Assembly (NCBI GenBank): GCA_902785135.1
Contig: CACZXL010000005.1
Span: 1,557-65,556, forward strand
Direction of reading: 5' to 3'
Length of the DNA stretch: 64,000 nucleotides
Source: an uncultured Erysipelotrichaceae bacterium
GTDB lineage: Bacteria; Bacillota_I; Bacilli_A; RF39; UBA660
Position 1 is the stretch's first letter. Each line of letters starts with the position of its first letter. The notes beneath the pieces were generated by a model. That model was not told the origin of the DNA. It saw only the letters and a program-made list of their open reading frames with translations, and did not search any database. The translations under genes were made by a program, and so were the position numbers. Shown piece by piece: positions 19,111 through 28,585 of the stretch.

Positions 19111-20278
19111 TTAACCCTCCTGTTTTTCGATGTTTTATAAATTTTATTGTATTCCCAATAAAATTCATTATAATATAAATAATAAAATAAGATAGTATAT
19201 ATAATAAAATAATATAATTATTATTTATGCTTAGTTTATTTGTTAAAAACAATGAAAACAATAACCATATAATAAAAACTGATATTATCGTTTTATTATA
19301 TTTTAACAATATTTTTATTCGTTTTATAATAAACTTATTAAAATTTCTATATAGTAATGTTATTTTCCAAAAAATCGACATTCTTTTAGTCTGATTTTTT
19401 AATTCATTAAAAATATTCAAGTAATGTAATAAATCTGGTGAAAATGATGAATAATACAATGCTGTCTCTTGATATTGAATCAAGATTTTATATTTTTCAT
19501 AAAATTTAAATTGATTAAAAAAAGGGAATATTTCATTGTTGTATATATTTAATATATCCTTGTAATATTGTTTAACATGAGCTGGCAGAGTTTCAGATGT
19601 ATATTCACTATGACTGATTCCACCATCTCTGTGACATAATGTATTAAAATTATAATAATAGATTTTTTCACCTTGACGAAGTATTTTTAACCAATAAGAC
19701 CAGTCTTCAACAAACGGATATTTTTCATCAAAAAATCCATAATCCTTAAACACTTTATTTCTGTAAGCAGTTCCGCCAGAACCATAAAGACACCCACAAG
19801 CCATCTTATAGTAAATGTATCTAGTACTTTTTTTATTCATAAAAAACGCTTTAATGGGATTTACATATTTACAATACAATTTTTTTAAATTTTCATCATA
19901 TAGTAAGCATTGTGATGTTATTACATTTATATTTTGGTTTTTAAATTTTTCTACAAATTTATTGATAACTCTTGTATCATATAATTTATCATCAGCAGCA
20001 AAAAACAAAATGTAATTACCTGTTGCTTCTTTAACTGCTCTATTTAAGTTTTTTACCGTTCCTACATTTTTTTTAGAATCTAATATTTTATATTCAAATC
20101 TTTTTTTATTATACTTTTTTATTATTCCTTCAACCTTTTTTTTATCAAAATTTGGTGATCCATCATCTGCAATTATTAATTCAATATTTCTATATTCTTG
20201 ATTTAATACAGATAACACTGATTCTTTAATATAATTCATTTGTTTATAATGCGTTATTATAACTGTAAATTTATCCAT
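19103..20278 (-). CDS. GT2 glycosyltransferase with C-terminal membrane domain (paralog 1)
   Basis: FTVIITHYKQMNYIKESVLSVLNQEY...IIADDGS..ILFFAADDKL; C-terminal 2 TM. Confidence 0.75.
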   Translation of the reverse strand: MDKFTVIITHYKQMNYIKESVLSVLNQEYRNIELIIADDGSPNFDKKKVEGIIKKYNKKRFEYKILDSKKNVGTVKNLNRAVKEATGNYILFFAADDKLYDTRVINKFVEKFKNQNINVITSQCLLYDENLKKLYCKYVNPIKAFFMNKKSTRYIYYKMACGCLYGSGGTAYRNKVFKDYGFFDEKYPFVEDWSYWLKILRQGEKIYYYNFNTLCHRDGGISHSEYTSETLPAHVKQYYKDILNIYNNEIFPFFNQFKFYEKYKILIQYQETALYYSSFSPDLLHYLNIFNELKNQTKRMSIFWKITLLYRNFNKFIIKRIKILLKYNKTIISVFIIWLLFSLFLTNKLSINNNYIILLYILSYFIIYIIMNFIGNTIKFIKHRKTGGLNV

Positions 20279-21452
20279 TATTCTTACCTCGCTTTGAAGC
20301 CATGATGCTCAAAAAAGTGCATACAATATAGTAAATAATTATATATAATAATATAACTAACAAAAACAAATAATATTTATTGTTAATTTTAAAAATATTT
20401 ACTAATAAAAAATCAACTATAATATTGATAATAAATGTGATAGGAACACTCGGATTTAATTTAATTAACTCTTCATATTTAATGATAAATAAAGGTCTAA
20501 TTGAATATATATACATACTAAATTTAAATTTTTTATCATTATTTATATAATTAGTAATTACTTTATAATCTTTTTGAACATCAAAAAACTTTGAATAATA
20601 TTTAGCACTATATAAATATGAATTAATAATTTTTACTCTTGAATTATTATCCAAATCATCAATATTTTTTAATATATAATTTCTATACAGATATAAAACT
20701 TCCTTAAAAAATTCTTTTTTTACTTCACTTACATTTTTGTTATAACTAATGCCACCACATCTATGTAATAATCCATCAAAATCAGCATAATAAATTCTTT
20801 CGCCATTTCTAGTTAGTTTAAGCCATAGAGGCCAATCTTCTAGATACTTATAAGTTTCATCAAAAGAATACTTCTCGAAAATCTTTTTTTTATAACATGT
20901 AGATCCTGCACCAAACAAATTAGTTTCGCATAAAGAAGAAAAGATTCTTTTAACGCTTTTATTATTAAATTTTTTTAGATAATTCTTACTTTTGAAATTT
21001 TTTTCTATTTTTAAATTTTCATCACACAAAATCCAATTTGAAGTTATTATGTTATAATTATCATTATTATCAAACAAATCTACATAGTTTTTTATTGTAT
21101 TTTTATCAGCCAATATATCATCTGATGCAAAAAAGAGAACATATTCTCCTGTTATTTCCTTTAGCGTTTTATTTAAAGTTTTTACAGTACCAATATTATT
21201 TTTATTAATTATAAATTTCAAATCTACTATGTTGCTATTTTTAATATTTTTAATTCTTTTTTCTAATTTGTTTTTTGAAAAATTTTTAGAGGCATCGTCT
21301 GTAATTATTAATTCAATTTTATCATATGTCTGATTAACAATCGAAGTTATTGCTTGTTCAATATATTGTTCTGCATTATAATTTGTTAATACTATTGTGA
21401 ATTTTTTTGTGTATTTACTAATTTTTTTGTTTTCTTCTCTTCTTTTTGCCAT
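20271..21452 (-). CDS. GT2 glycosyltransferase with C-terminal membrane domain (paralog 2, tandem duplicate)
   Basis: FTIVLTNYNAEQYIEQAITSIVNQTY...IITDDAS..VLFFASDDIL. Aligns along its full length with 19103..20278. Confidence 0.75.
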   Translation of the reverse strand: MAKRREENKKISKYTKKFTIVLTNYNAEQYIEQAITSIVNQTYDKIELIITDDASKNFSKNKLEKRIKNIKNSNIVDLKFIINKNNIGTVKTLNKTLKEITGEYVLFFASDDILADKNTIKNYVDLFDNNDNYNIITSNWILCDENLKIEKNFKSKNYLKKFNNKSVKRIFSSLCETNLFGAGSTCYKKKIFEKYSFDETYKYLEDWPLWLKLTRNGERIYYADFDGLLHRCGGISYNKNVSEVKKEFFKEVLYLYRNYILKNIDDLDNNSRVKIINSYLYSAKYYSKFFDVQKDYKVITNYINNDKKFKFSMYIYSIRPLFIIKYEELIKLNPSVPITFIINIIVDFLLVNIFKINNKYYLFLLVILLYIIIYYIVCTFLSIMASKRGKNNG

Positions 21453-22159
21453 GGATAACCTCTATATTCCTCTAAAAATTGTTTCCAAGGATATACTTGA
21501 TTTCCTTCTTCATCTCGAATATCCTCAACATTTCCTCTTATTTTTGCAGGAACACCCATTACTACTTTTCCATCTGGAACATCTTTACTTACAACAGCAC
21601 CTGCAGCAACTAATGTATTTTCACCTATTTTTACTCCTGGTAATAATATTGATCCAGTGGTTACAATAGCATATTTTCCTATTTTGCAACCTTCCAATTT
21701 ATCCATAGGTGGATACATATCATTAGTCGTAACAACATATGGAAAAATCCATACATAATCATCTATTTCGGTATATTGTCCAATATGAACATTTGAATGC
21801 AATCTAACAAAATCTCCTATTTTTACTTTTCCTTGAATATCACATAGTGTTCCAAAAGAACAATTATTACCTATTTGACTATCTTCTCTGACTGTTACAT
21901 GATGTCCTGTTTGAAAATTATCACCTATTTTGCATCCTTCATAAATAATTGTGTTTGATCTTATAATTGAATTCTCTCCTATTTCAGTTTTTTTGAATTC
22001 ATGATTATCACTATCCCTATAATAACCCATAGTTGGCTCTCCTATAATACAATATGGGCCTACAACTACATTATCATGTATTACCACATTAGGATACACA
22101 ATTGAAGTAGGATGTATTTTTATATTTTTTTCTTTGTTTTCTATACTTTCTTTTACCAT
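21392..22159 (-). CDS. Left-handed beta-helix (hexapeptide) sugar N-acetyltransferase (FdtC/QdtC/WxcM-like)
   Basis: Repeated [LIV]-G-x-x-x-x hexapeptides. ATG at 22159 (MVKESIE) with ggaggg SD; TTG at 22180 in the ORF track. 3' end overlaps the next GT2 gene by 61 nt. Confidence 0.7.
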   Translation of the reverse strand: MVKESIENKEKNIKIHPTSIVYPNVVIHDNVVVGPYCIIGEPTMGYYRDSDNHEFKKTEIGENSIIRSNTIIYEGCKIGDNFQTGHHVTVREDSQIGNNCSFGTLCDIQGKVKIGDFVRLHSNVHIGQYTEIDDYVWIFPYVVTTNDMYPPMDKLEGCKIGKYAIVTTGSILLPGVKIGENTLVAAGAVVSKDVPDGKVVMGVPAKIRGNVEDIRDEEGNQVYPWKQFLEEYRGYPWQKEEKKTKKLVNTQKNSQ

Positions 22160-22231
22160 AAACCCTCCTATACCATGCAATTAAATTTTAACACCTTACC
22201 AAATTACTTGTCAACATTTTACACATGTTTT

Positions 22232-23275
22232 TTATTCATGATTATCTAAAAACTTTTCTGCACACCATAATTGCCATTTTTGATTACCAGTTAATTTTTT
22301 AACTAGAATATTCTTTTTAAATTCATGCCTTTTTGGTCCTTCCCAGTTTTCAAATATATAATCAACTGGTCTAGGCATAGGTATTTTTGTAGGAATCTCA
22401 AATTCTGGAAATTTTATTTTGTATAAATCTCTTATTAAATATTTTGATTGGCCATTTCTAATTCTTTTTAAATCTAAAGGGTTTTTCATTTTGAAATTCT
22501 CATATAAATCACAATATGATAGATTAGCTGTAGTAAAAGCATTTTCATATGAACCGTAACTCTCTATTGTCGTTGGACCACTCATAAATGACAAATAATC
22601 AATTGAATCTCCTTTTTTATATGGTTCAAATACTCCATTAATATTAACTGGATTTTCTAAAACTAAACTTGGATCCAATGATATATATCTTTTTATAAAC
22701 CCTTCATATGTCCAATCTTTTGATAGTAATTTATCCATACCACCAAAAATGTAATCTGCCGCGTCACCTATTATCATTAATTCTACACCATCTTTTTTTG
22801 CTTCTATTGCCGCCTTATATATTTGAGGTTCAATTGAATGAACAGGACTACATTTTCTTTCCATTACTATAGGTGTATAGGTTTTATAATCATCAAAATC
22901 TATATTTATAAAATGTTGAACTAAATCATATTTTTTACAATATTTTTTTGATCTTTCAATATCTAAATTATATATATCAGTATTTAAATTGCTAAATGTG
23001 TATGCGTTGCTGCCAGGTTTTAAATATGAAGATAATATTGCACTATCCATTCCTCCTGATAATAGTATACCTATATTATTATATTTATTATATAATTCTT
23101 TTACCCTTTCTTTTATATATAAATCTATTTCTTCAGCTGTTTTCACTTCAACTCTTTCACTCTCATCTAATAATTTGTAATTTTTATGATTCATACCTTC
23201 AAAAAAATTTATATTATCGTCATATATGTATCTTAATGCAATGTAAGAACTTAAACAAAAATCTTTATCAACCAT
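22232..23275 (-). CDS. PP-loop ATP pyrophosphatase / asparagine-synthetase-like N-acetyl-sugar amidotransferase
   Basis: SGGMDSA PP-loop motif; 347 aa; sits in the sugar-modification operon. Confidence 0.55.
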   Translation of the reverse strand: MVDKDFCLSSYIALRYIYDDNINFFEGMNHKNYKLLDESERVEVKTAEEIDLYIKERVKELYNKYNNIGILLSGGMDSAILSSYLKPGSNAYTFSNLNTDIYNLDIERSKKYCKKYDLVQHFINIDFDDYKTYTPIVMERKCSPVHSIEPQIYKAAIEAKKDGVELMIIGDAADYIFGGMDKLLSKDWTYEGFIKRYISLDPSLVLENPVNINGVFEPYKKGDSIDYLSFMSGPTTIESYGSYENAFTTANLSYCDLYENFKMKNPLDLKRIRNGQSKYLIRDLYKIKFPEFEIPTKIPMPRPVDYIFENWEGPKRHEFKKNILVKKLTGNQKWQLWCAEKFLDNHE

Positions 23276-23286
23276 TTTTTTCCTCC

Positions 23287-23733
23287 CTACTTTAGTTCTG
23301 TAAGATCATCATTTCTTGCTAATTTTAATGTTTTTGTAATTTGAGTAGAAGATACCCCTTTTGTATATGGAAAATATACTATTTTTATGCCTTCTTTATT
23401 AAATTCCTCTTCATATTTTTTCCATTTGTCTGTTCCATACCAATCATCACCAACAAATAAATATGATGCTCCTAATTTTTTACAAACTGTAAGTTTATCC
23501 ATATCATATTGTGGAATTGCAGCATCAACATATTTAATTGATCTAACAATTTCAATTCTATCTTCAAATGGTATTAAAGCATGTTTACCCTTGTACTCTA
23601 CCAATTCATCAACTGTAACTCCTACAATTAATTTATCACACAATCCCTTTGCATTCTTTAACAAATTTAAATGGCCTATATGAAATAAATCATAAACACC
23701 TGTAGTATAACCAATTACTTGCTTATTATCCAT
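23287..23733 (-). CDS. tagD: Glycerol-3-phosphate cytidylyltransferase
   Basis: VIGYTTGVYDLFHIGHLNLL (HxGH), VGDDW, ISSTQI; 148 aa. Confidence 0.85.
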   Translation of the reverse strand: MDNKQVIGYTTGVYDLFHIGHLNLLKNAKGLCDKLIVGVTVDELVEYKGKHALIPFEDRIEIVRSIKYVDAAIPQYDMDKLTVCKKLGASYLFVGDDWYGTDKWKKYEEEFNKEGIKIVYFPYTKGVSSTQITKTLKLARNDDLTELK

Positions 23734-23748
23734 ATTAATCTCCTTTAT

Positions 23749-25119
23749 TCATATCCCTTTAAATTCCTTTAATATCATATTCATTATTTTAATGGAAACT
23801 TTTTCACTTTCATCATAGAAAAAATGAGTTTTAATCTTCTTATCTCTTATTTTCTTTAATTTATCCTTCCCATTCTTTAGTTTATTGATGTGTTTAATTA
23901 TCTCATCTATACTATTTGCACTATAAATCATAGATAATAACTCTTTATCCTTGATAAGGGTATTACCTTTATATTTAATATAAATTACGGGCTTATTATA
24001 TAATGTGAATTCCGGCACAAACGTATTTGCATCAGCTATTAAAAAATCTGAAATATGCATAGAAATCAAATAATTATCAGAACTATCATAATAAATATTT
24101 TCTTCTTTTAAATACTTATTATATCTTTTAAAAAAATCAGAATTCTCTTTATATTCTTTTTTTAATGATTCCTTCAATAGTGGATGCGGCCTATATAATA
24201 AGAATACATCTTTATTTTTTTTAAAGTATTCAAATATATCTAAACCGTATAATTTAAATGTTCCCCATTTATATTCTTCTTTTATAACATGATGTGGATC
24301 ATATAGAAATATTTTTCTTCCATTTGCTCTTTTTTTTATTTCTTTATAGTCTTCACTATCAGAATAATCACTATGTATTAAGTCCATTCTAGGATGTCCC
24401 ACTAATGCAAAATTTTTTCCTTTATTTTTCGAATATTTTTCAGCTAATTTTTGATTGTAATTACTATAAGAAATATTACACCATGCTTTGTCTTCTATTG
24501 GTAACTGAAAAGAATACTTTATAATGATATCGCTATCTACAGCATGTAATCCATACGGAATATACATTACATAATCTATTACAGTCTCAATTTGATCAAT
24601 ATAATACTCCTCAGGAATCAAATCATAAGGTTTTAAATAAATAATAATATCTGGTGATTTTTCTTTTAGATTATATTCATTGTATTCAACTATTTCTGAA
24701 TAACCCATTTTCTTATAATAATCAATCTCATTATTACTATTATTTTTGTTCTCATGAGTAAAAGGAATATGAACTAAATCACAAATAAAATTATTATTTT
24801 TTTTCATATCATTATATAGAGAATCAACACTTGGAAAAACGGAATATTCATTAACTGCAAACAAAACTCTTATCCTTTTATTAAAAGATATATCAAGTAT
24901 TTTTATCATCATTCTAATTATAAATTTTAAATAAAAGTAATTTAATACTTTTATTATTTTCAAAAGATTTATATATTTTTGTTGGGCCTTTGTTTTTCCC
25001 CATATAGAGTTTTTTGTTTTATGATTCAATAAAAAGATTTCATCGTTAATATACTTATGTAGTTTTTTTCTATTATTTAGATTAATACTTTTTAATTTGT
25101 TATAATAGGTATAATTCAT
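23749..25119 (-). CDS. CDP-glycerol glycerophosphotransferase (TagB/TagF family)
   Basis: 456 aa. C-terminal ...YYDSSDNYLISMHISDFLIADANTFVPEFTLYNKPVIY, characteristic of the TagB/TagF family. Confidence 0.7.
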   Translation of the reverse strand: MNYTYYNKLKSINLNNRKKLHKYINDEIFLLNHKTKNSIWGKTKAQQKYINLLKIIKVLNYFYLKFIIRMMIKILDISFNKRIRVLFAVNEYSVFPSVDSLYNDMKKNNNFICDLVHIPFTHENKNNSNNEIDYYKKMGYSEIVEYNEYNLKEKSPDIIIYLKPYDLIPEEYYIDQIETVIDYVMYIPYGLHAVDSDIIIKYSFQLPIEDKAWCNISYSNYNQKLAEKYSKNKGKNFALVGHPRMDLIHSDYSDSEDYKEIKKRANGRKIFLYDPHHVIKEEYKWGTFKLYGLDIFEYFKKNKDVFLLYRPHPLLKESLKKEYKENSDFFKRYNKYLKEENIYYDSSDNYLISMHISDFLIADANTFVPEFTLYNKPVIYIKYKGNTLIKDKELLSMIYSANSIDEIIKHINKLKNGKDKLKKIRDKKIKTHFFYDESEKVSIKIMNMILKEFKGI

Positions 25120-25121
25120 TT

Positions 25122-25802
25122 TTATTCCTCCATATTTATTATTTTCTTAATGACATAATCTGCTAGATATATACCTGCGCTCATAGTAACAGGTGAATAA
25201 CTACCTATTTCTTCTTTAGTATCAATTGGTTGTTCTTTAGAAGATAATACTGGTACTTTACCTATTACTTTATCATCTCTTAATCTTTTTCTAATTACTT
25301 TAGCAAGTTTATCATAACTAGTTTTACTAATCTCAGTTATTTCTAATTTAGATATATCTAATTTTTTGCCCATACCCATAGAAGAGATAAATTTAATATT
25401 TCTTTTTAAACATTCTTCTATTATAAGTACTTTAGTACTTACTGTATCACAAGCATCTATTATATAATCTGGATTTGTATCAAATAATAATTCTATATTA
25501 GATTCATTAATATAATCAGTTATTTTAGTTATTTTCACATTACTATTAATATCTAGTATTCTTTTTTCAAAAGCATCTGTTTTATATTCTCCAATATTTG
25601 AATCTAACGCAATTACTTGTCTATTCTTATTAGTTATATCTATAGTATCTTTATCTACTATAACAATATCTTCTATACCATTACGAATAAGAGTTTCTAA
25701 AGCCATTCCTCCTACTCCACCTAGTCCAATAACTAATATTCTCTTTTTATTTAATAATTCTATTTTTTCTTTTCCAATTATTCTTTCTAATCTTTCAAAC
25801 AT
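25122..25802 (-). CDS. tcdA: ThiF/MoeB-family E1-like enzyme, TcdA (tRNA t6A dehydratase)-like
   Basis: ILVIGLGGVGGMALETLIRNGIEDIVIVDKDTIDITNKNRQ. 226 aa. Position after aspS matches B. subtilis yrvM. Confidence 0.6.
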   Translation of the reverse strand: MFERLERIIGKEKIELLNKKRILVIGLGGVGGMALETLIRNGIEDIVIVDKDTIDITNKNRQVIALDSNIGEYKTDAFEKRILDINSNVKITKITDYINESNIELLFDTNPDYIIDACDTVSTKVLIIEECLKRNIKFISSMGMGKKLDISKLEITEISKTSYDKLAKVIRKRLRDDKVIGKVPVLSSKEQPIDTKEEIGSYSPVTMSAGIYLADYVIKKIINMEE

Positions 25803-25821
25803 ATAAGACCTCTTTAAAATA

Positions 25822-25995
25822 AAAAAGCCTATAAGCCAGCAGCATCGATAAACCTACACGTATGTGCAGGTGGGCATCCCATAATAGACATTAGGAGCCT
25901 TACTCAATGAATAAGTATTCAACACCGTCTACTAATTCTGATTCCCTTATCGTTATTTTAGTGGGTTTTATGTACGCTACTTTTCTTATAGGTAC
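25822..25995 (-). ncRNA. ssrS: 6S RNA (SsrS) candidate
   Basis: ~175-nt GC-enriched ORF-free segment between the aspS terminator and tcdA. Minus-strand -10 TATAAT at 26005..26000. 5' end gtacctataag pairs with 3' end cttataggc followed by a T-run (closed rod). Internal hairpin acctgcacatacgtgtaggt. Same aspS–yrvM spacer where B. subtilis 6S-1 (bsrA) lies. Confidence 0.5.
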
Positions 25996-26009
25996 TTTAA
26001 TTATACTAT

Positions 26010-26041
26010 ACAAAATAAAAAAAAGTAAAGTTTTTCTTTAC
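26010..26041 (-). terminator. Intrinsic terminator of aspS
   Basis: agtaaag-ttttt-ctttact hairpin followed on the minus strand by a T8 run. Confidence 0.5.
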
Positions 26042-26045
26042 TTTT

Positions 26046-27335
26046 TTATGGATTTAATCTATTTGGTCCTCTAAACACAAACATTTCTTCTTTTAATGAT
26101 GGAATACATAATAGAAGCATAGTTAATCTATCTACTCCTAACGCAAATCCACCATGTGGAGGACAACCATATTTAAAGAATTCTAAATAGAACTCAACAT
26201 CTTTCTTTAATCCTTTTTCTTCTGCTTGTTTCTTTAAGATATCATATCTATGTTCTCTAACTGCACCTGTTGTTATTTCAGTACCTCTCCAAATAAGGTC
26301 ATAACCTATTGGAGTGTCATTATCTCTCATATGATAGAATGGTCTTTTAGCTTTTGAATAATTTGTTACAAATATAAATTCTGAACCATATACTTCTAAA
26401 GCAAATTTTGTAGTTAATTTTTCTGTTTCATTATTCATATCACCAATATCTTCAGTTGGAATTTCATAACCATATCTCTCATGTAATTCTTTATATAAAT
26501 CTTCTAGTTTAATTCTTGGGAATGGTTTAGTTGGAATAATAACTTCTGTATTAAATAATTCATTTATTTCATTTTCATATTTTTCTTTAACACTAGTTAA
26601 ACCTGCGATTAATAAATCTTCTTCTAAAGACATAATATCTTCTATAGAATCAGGATACGCAAATTCTAAGTCAAATGAAGTAAACTCTGTCGCATGTCTA
26701 TATGTATTAGAGTTTTCCGCTCTAAATGCTGGCGCAACTTCAAATACTCTTTCTAAACCAGATGCGATAGCCATTTGTTTATAAAATTGTGGACTTTGAG
26801 CAAGATATGCTTTTCTATCAAAATAATCTACTTCAAATACTTCTGATCCTGATTCAGATGCAGTACCAATTAATTTTGGTGTATGTATTTCAGTAAAATC
26901 ATTATTATATAAGAATTCTCTCATACCTTTAACAAATTCACTTTGTACTTTCATCATTATATTATTCTTTTTACTTCTTAAATCTAACCATCTATAATCT
27001 AATCTTGTATCTATATTAGCGTTATCTTCTAAAGGTAATGCTTCTGCTTTAGATAATCTATTTACTTTAGTTGGTAAAAATTCTTTACCACCTTGTTTAA
27101 CATATTCAGATAAAACCATTTTACCTTCAAATTCTAATACTGAATCAGGTAAAATACCTTCCATATCTTTTACTATATCTTTATTATTTTCTTTATCTAT
27201 AGATACTTGAATAGAACCAGTTCTATCTTCAAGTACTACAAATATCATATATTTAGTATCTCTAACTTTTTTAGCCCAACCTGATACTTTAGTCTCTTCA
27301 TTTTCTACTAAATTATTAATTAAAGTTCTTTTCAT
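26046..27335 (-). CDS. aspS: Aspartyl-tRNA synthetase, archaeal/AsnRS-like short type
   Basis: 429 aa, class II motifs incl. GGFALGVDRLTMLL; aaggagg SD. Confidence 0.85.
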   Translation of the reverse strand: MKRTLINNLVENEETKVSGWAKKVRDTKYMIFVVLEDRTGSIQVSIDKENNKDIVKDMEGILPDSVLEFEGKMVLSEYVKQGGKEFLPTKVNRLSKAEALPLEDNANIDTRLDYRWLDLRSKKNNIMMKVQSEFVKGMREFLYNNDFTEIHTPKLIGTASESGSEVFEVDYFDRKAYLAQSPQFYKQMAIASGLERVFEVAPAFRAENSNTYRHATEFTSFDLEFAYPDSIEDIMSLEEDLLIAGLTSVKEKYENEINELFNTEVIIPTKPFPRIKLEDLYKELHERYGYEIPTEDIGDMNNETEKLTTKFALEVYGSEFIFVTNYSKAKRPFYHMRDNDTPIGYDLIWRGTEITTGAVREHRYDILKKQAEEKGLKKDVEFYLEFFKYGCPPHGGFALGVDRLTMLLLCIPSLKEEMFVFRGPNRLNP

Positions 27336-27942
27336 TTTGTCCTCCTTTTTTATTTTGTTTTCTTAATAAGTAAAGTGTTCTTGCTCGTACACTTTCTTTA
27401 TTTGAATCTTCTCTAATTTCTTCTTCTGTTTCTATACCACTATAATAACGGTTTTTCATATATAATCTTGTATCATCAGTAAGCATATAGAATCTTTCTA
27501 CAGGACTTTCTATTGTTTTTATAACTTCTGCTTTTTTTAATTTTTTTGGAATATCTTTATCATATTTTTCTACAATAGAAGTATCAGATAAAGAAGGTAT
27601 CATATATAAATCTGATAATAAATCTAATACTCTTCCATCTTTTGCGATTAAACTACCTAGTTTTTCTTCAAATTCTTTTTTAGATTTATACTTATTAAAT
27701 AACTTTTCTACCGCTTTATAATATCCTAAGAACTTTCCTGTTAAATACGCTAATTCTGGATCATTTAATTCTTTTTTATCTAATAAATGCGCAATTAATT
27801 TATAACGCATTACAAAGTTCCATAACTTATCTGTATCATTATTAACAATACTATCAAGTATTTCGTTTTCATTTTCATCACTTAATATATAATTTAAATA
27901 TTGTTTTAATTCAAGATTATCTTCTAATTCAAATCTTGGCAT
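27316..27942 (-). CDS. Hypothetical protein (208 aa), 3' end overlaps aspS start by 20 nt
   Basis: ORF only; acidic/helical; no recognisable motif. Confidence 0.4.
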   Translation of the reverse strand: MPRFELEDNLELKQYLNYILSDENENEILDSIVNNDTDKLWNFVMRYKLIAHLLDKKELNDPELAYLTGKFLGYYKAVEKLFNKYKSKKEFEEKLGSLIAKDGRVLDLLSDLYMIPSLSDTSIVEKYDKDIPKKLKKAEVIKTIESPVERFYMLTDDTRLYMKNRYYSGIETEEEIREDSNKESVRARTLYLLRKQNKKGGQNEKNFN

Positions 27943-27952
27943 CTATAATCTC

Positions 27953-28585
27953 CTACTTTCTTGTTGTTTTATTATACTTACAAATCTCTTTTAATTTGCA
28001 TTCATTACACATTGGATTAATTGCCTTACAATAATATCTACCAAATAATACTAATTGTAAATGTCTTTTACTCCAATTTATTCTTTTAAATATTTTTCTT
28101 AAACGTCTTTCTATTTCTAAGACATCATCTTCTGATTTAGCCATATCTAATCTTTTTGATACCCTTTCTACATGAGTATCAACCGCTATCTGTGGCTCTA
28201 TATTTAGTTCTGCAAAAACTACATTAACTGTTTTTCTTCCTACTCCAGGAAGAGATTCTAGTTTCTTTCTAGTTCTTGGCATAACTCCATTATATTTATC
28301 CACAATCATAGTTGCGATTTCCTTAGTAAAGAAAGCTTTTTTATTAAAATTACCTAATGGTCTTAATATATTTTTTAAATCATTTAGATCTGCATTCTTT
28401 AAATCTTCTAATGAATTATATCTATTCCATAAAACACTAGTTACTTCATTAACTCTTTTATCTGTAGTTTGTGCGGATAACATTACTGATATTAGTAATT
28501 CATAATCTTTAGAATAGTTTAATTCACATTTAGGATCTTGAAACAATTCATCTAAATAGTTTTCTATTAATTCTATTCTTTTCAT
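27953..28585 (-). CDS. nth: Endonuclease III
   Basis: LISVMLSAQTTDKRVNEV, HhH-GPD LPGVGRKTVNVV, C-terminal 4Fe-4S CKAINPMCNECKLKEICK. Confidence 0.85.
   Translation of the reverse strand: MKRIELIENYLDELFQDPKCELNYSKDYELLISVMLSAQTTDKRVNEVTSVLWNRYNSLEDLKNADLNDLKNILRPLGNFNKKAFFTKEIATMIVDKYNGVMPRTRKKLESLPGVGRKTVNVVFAELNIEPQIAVDTHVERVSKRLDMAKSEDDVLEIERRLRKIFKRINWSKRHLQLVLFGRYYCKAINPMCNECKLKEICKYNKTTRK

Noticed and set aside
25803-26045. Riboswitch/T-box/attenuator leader for the downstream ThiF-family gene
   Set aside because: No T-box motif (AGGGTGGNACCGCG), no TPP CUGAGA box and no clean terminator/antiterminator pair. Terminal complementarity and the conserved aspS–yrvM position favour a free-standing 6S RNA instead.
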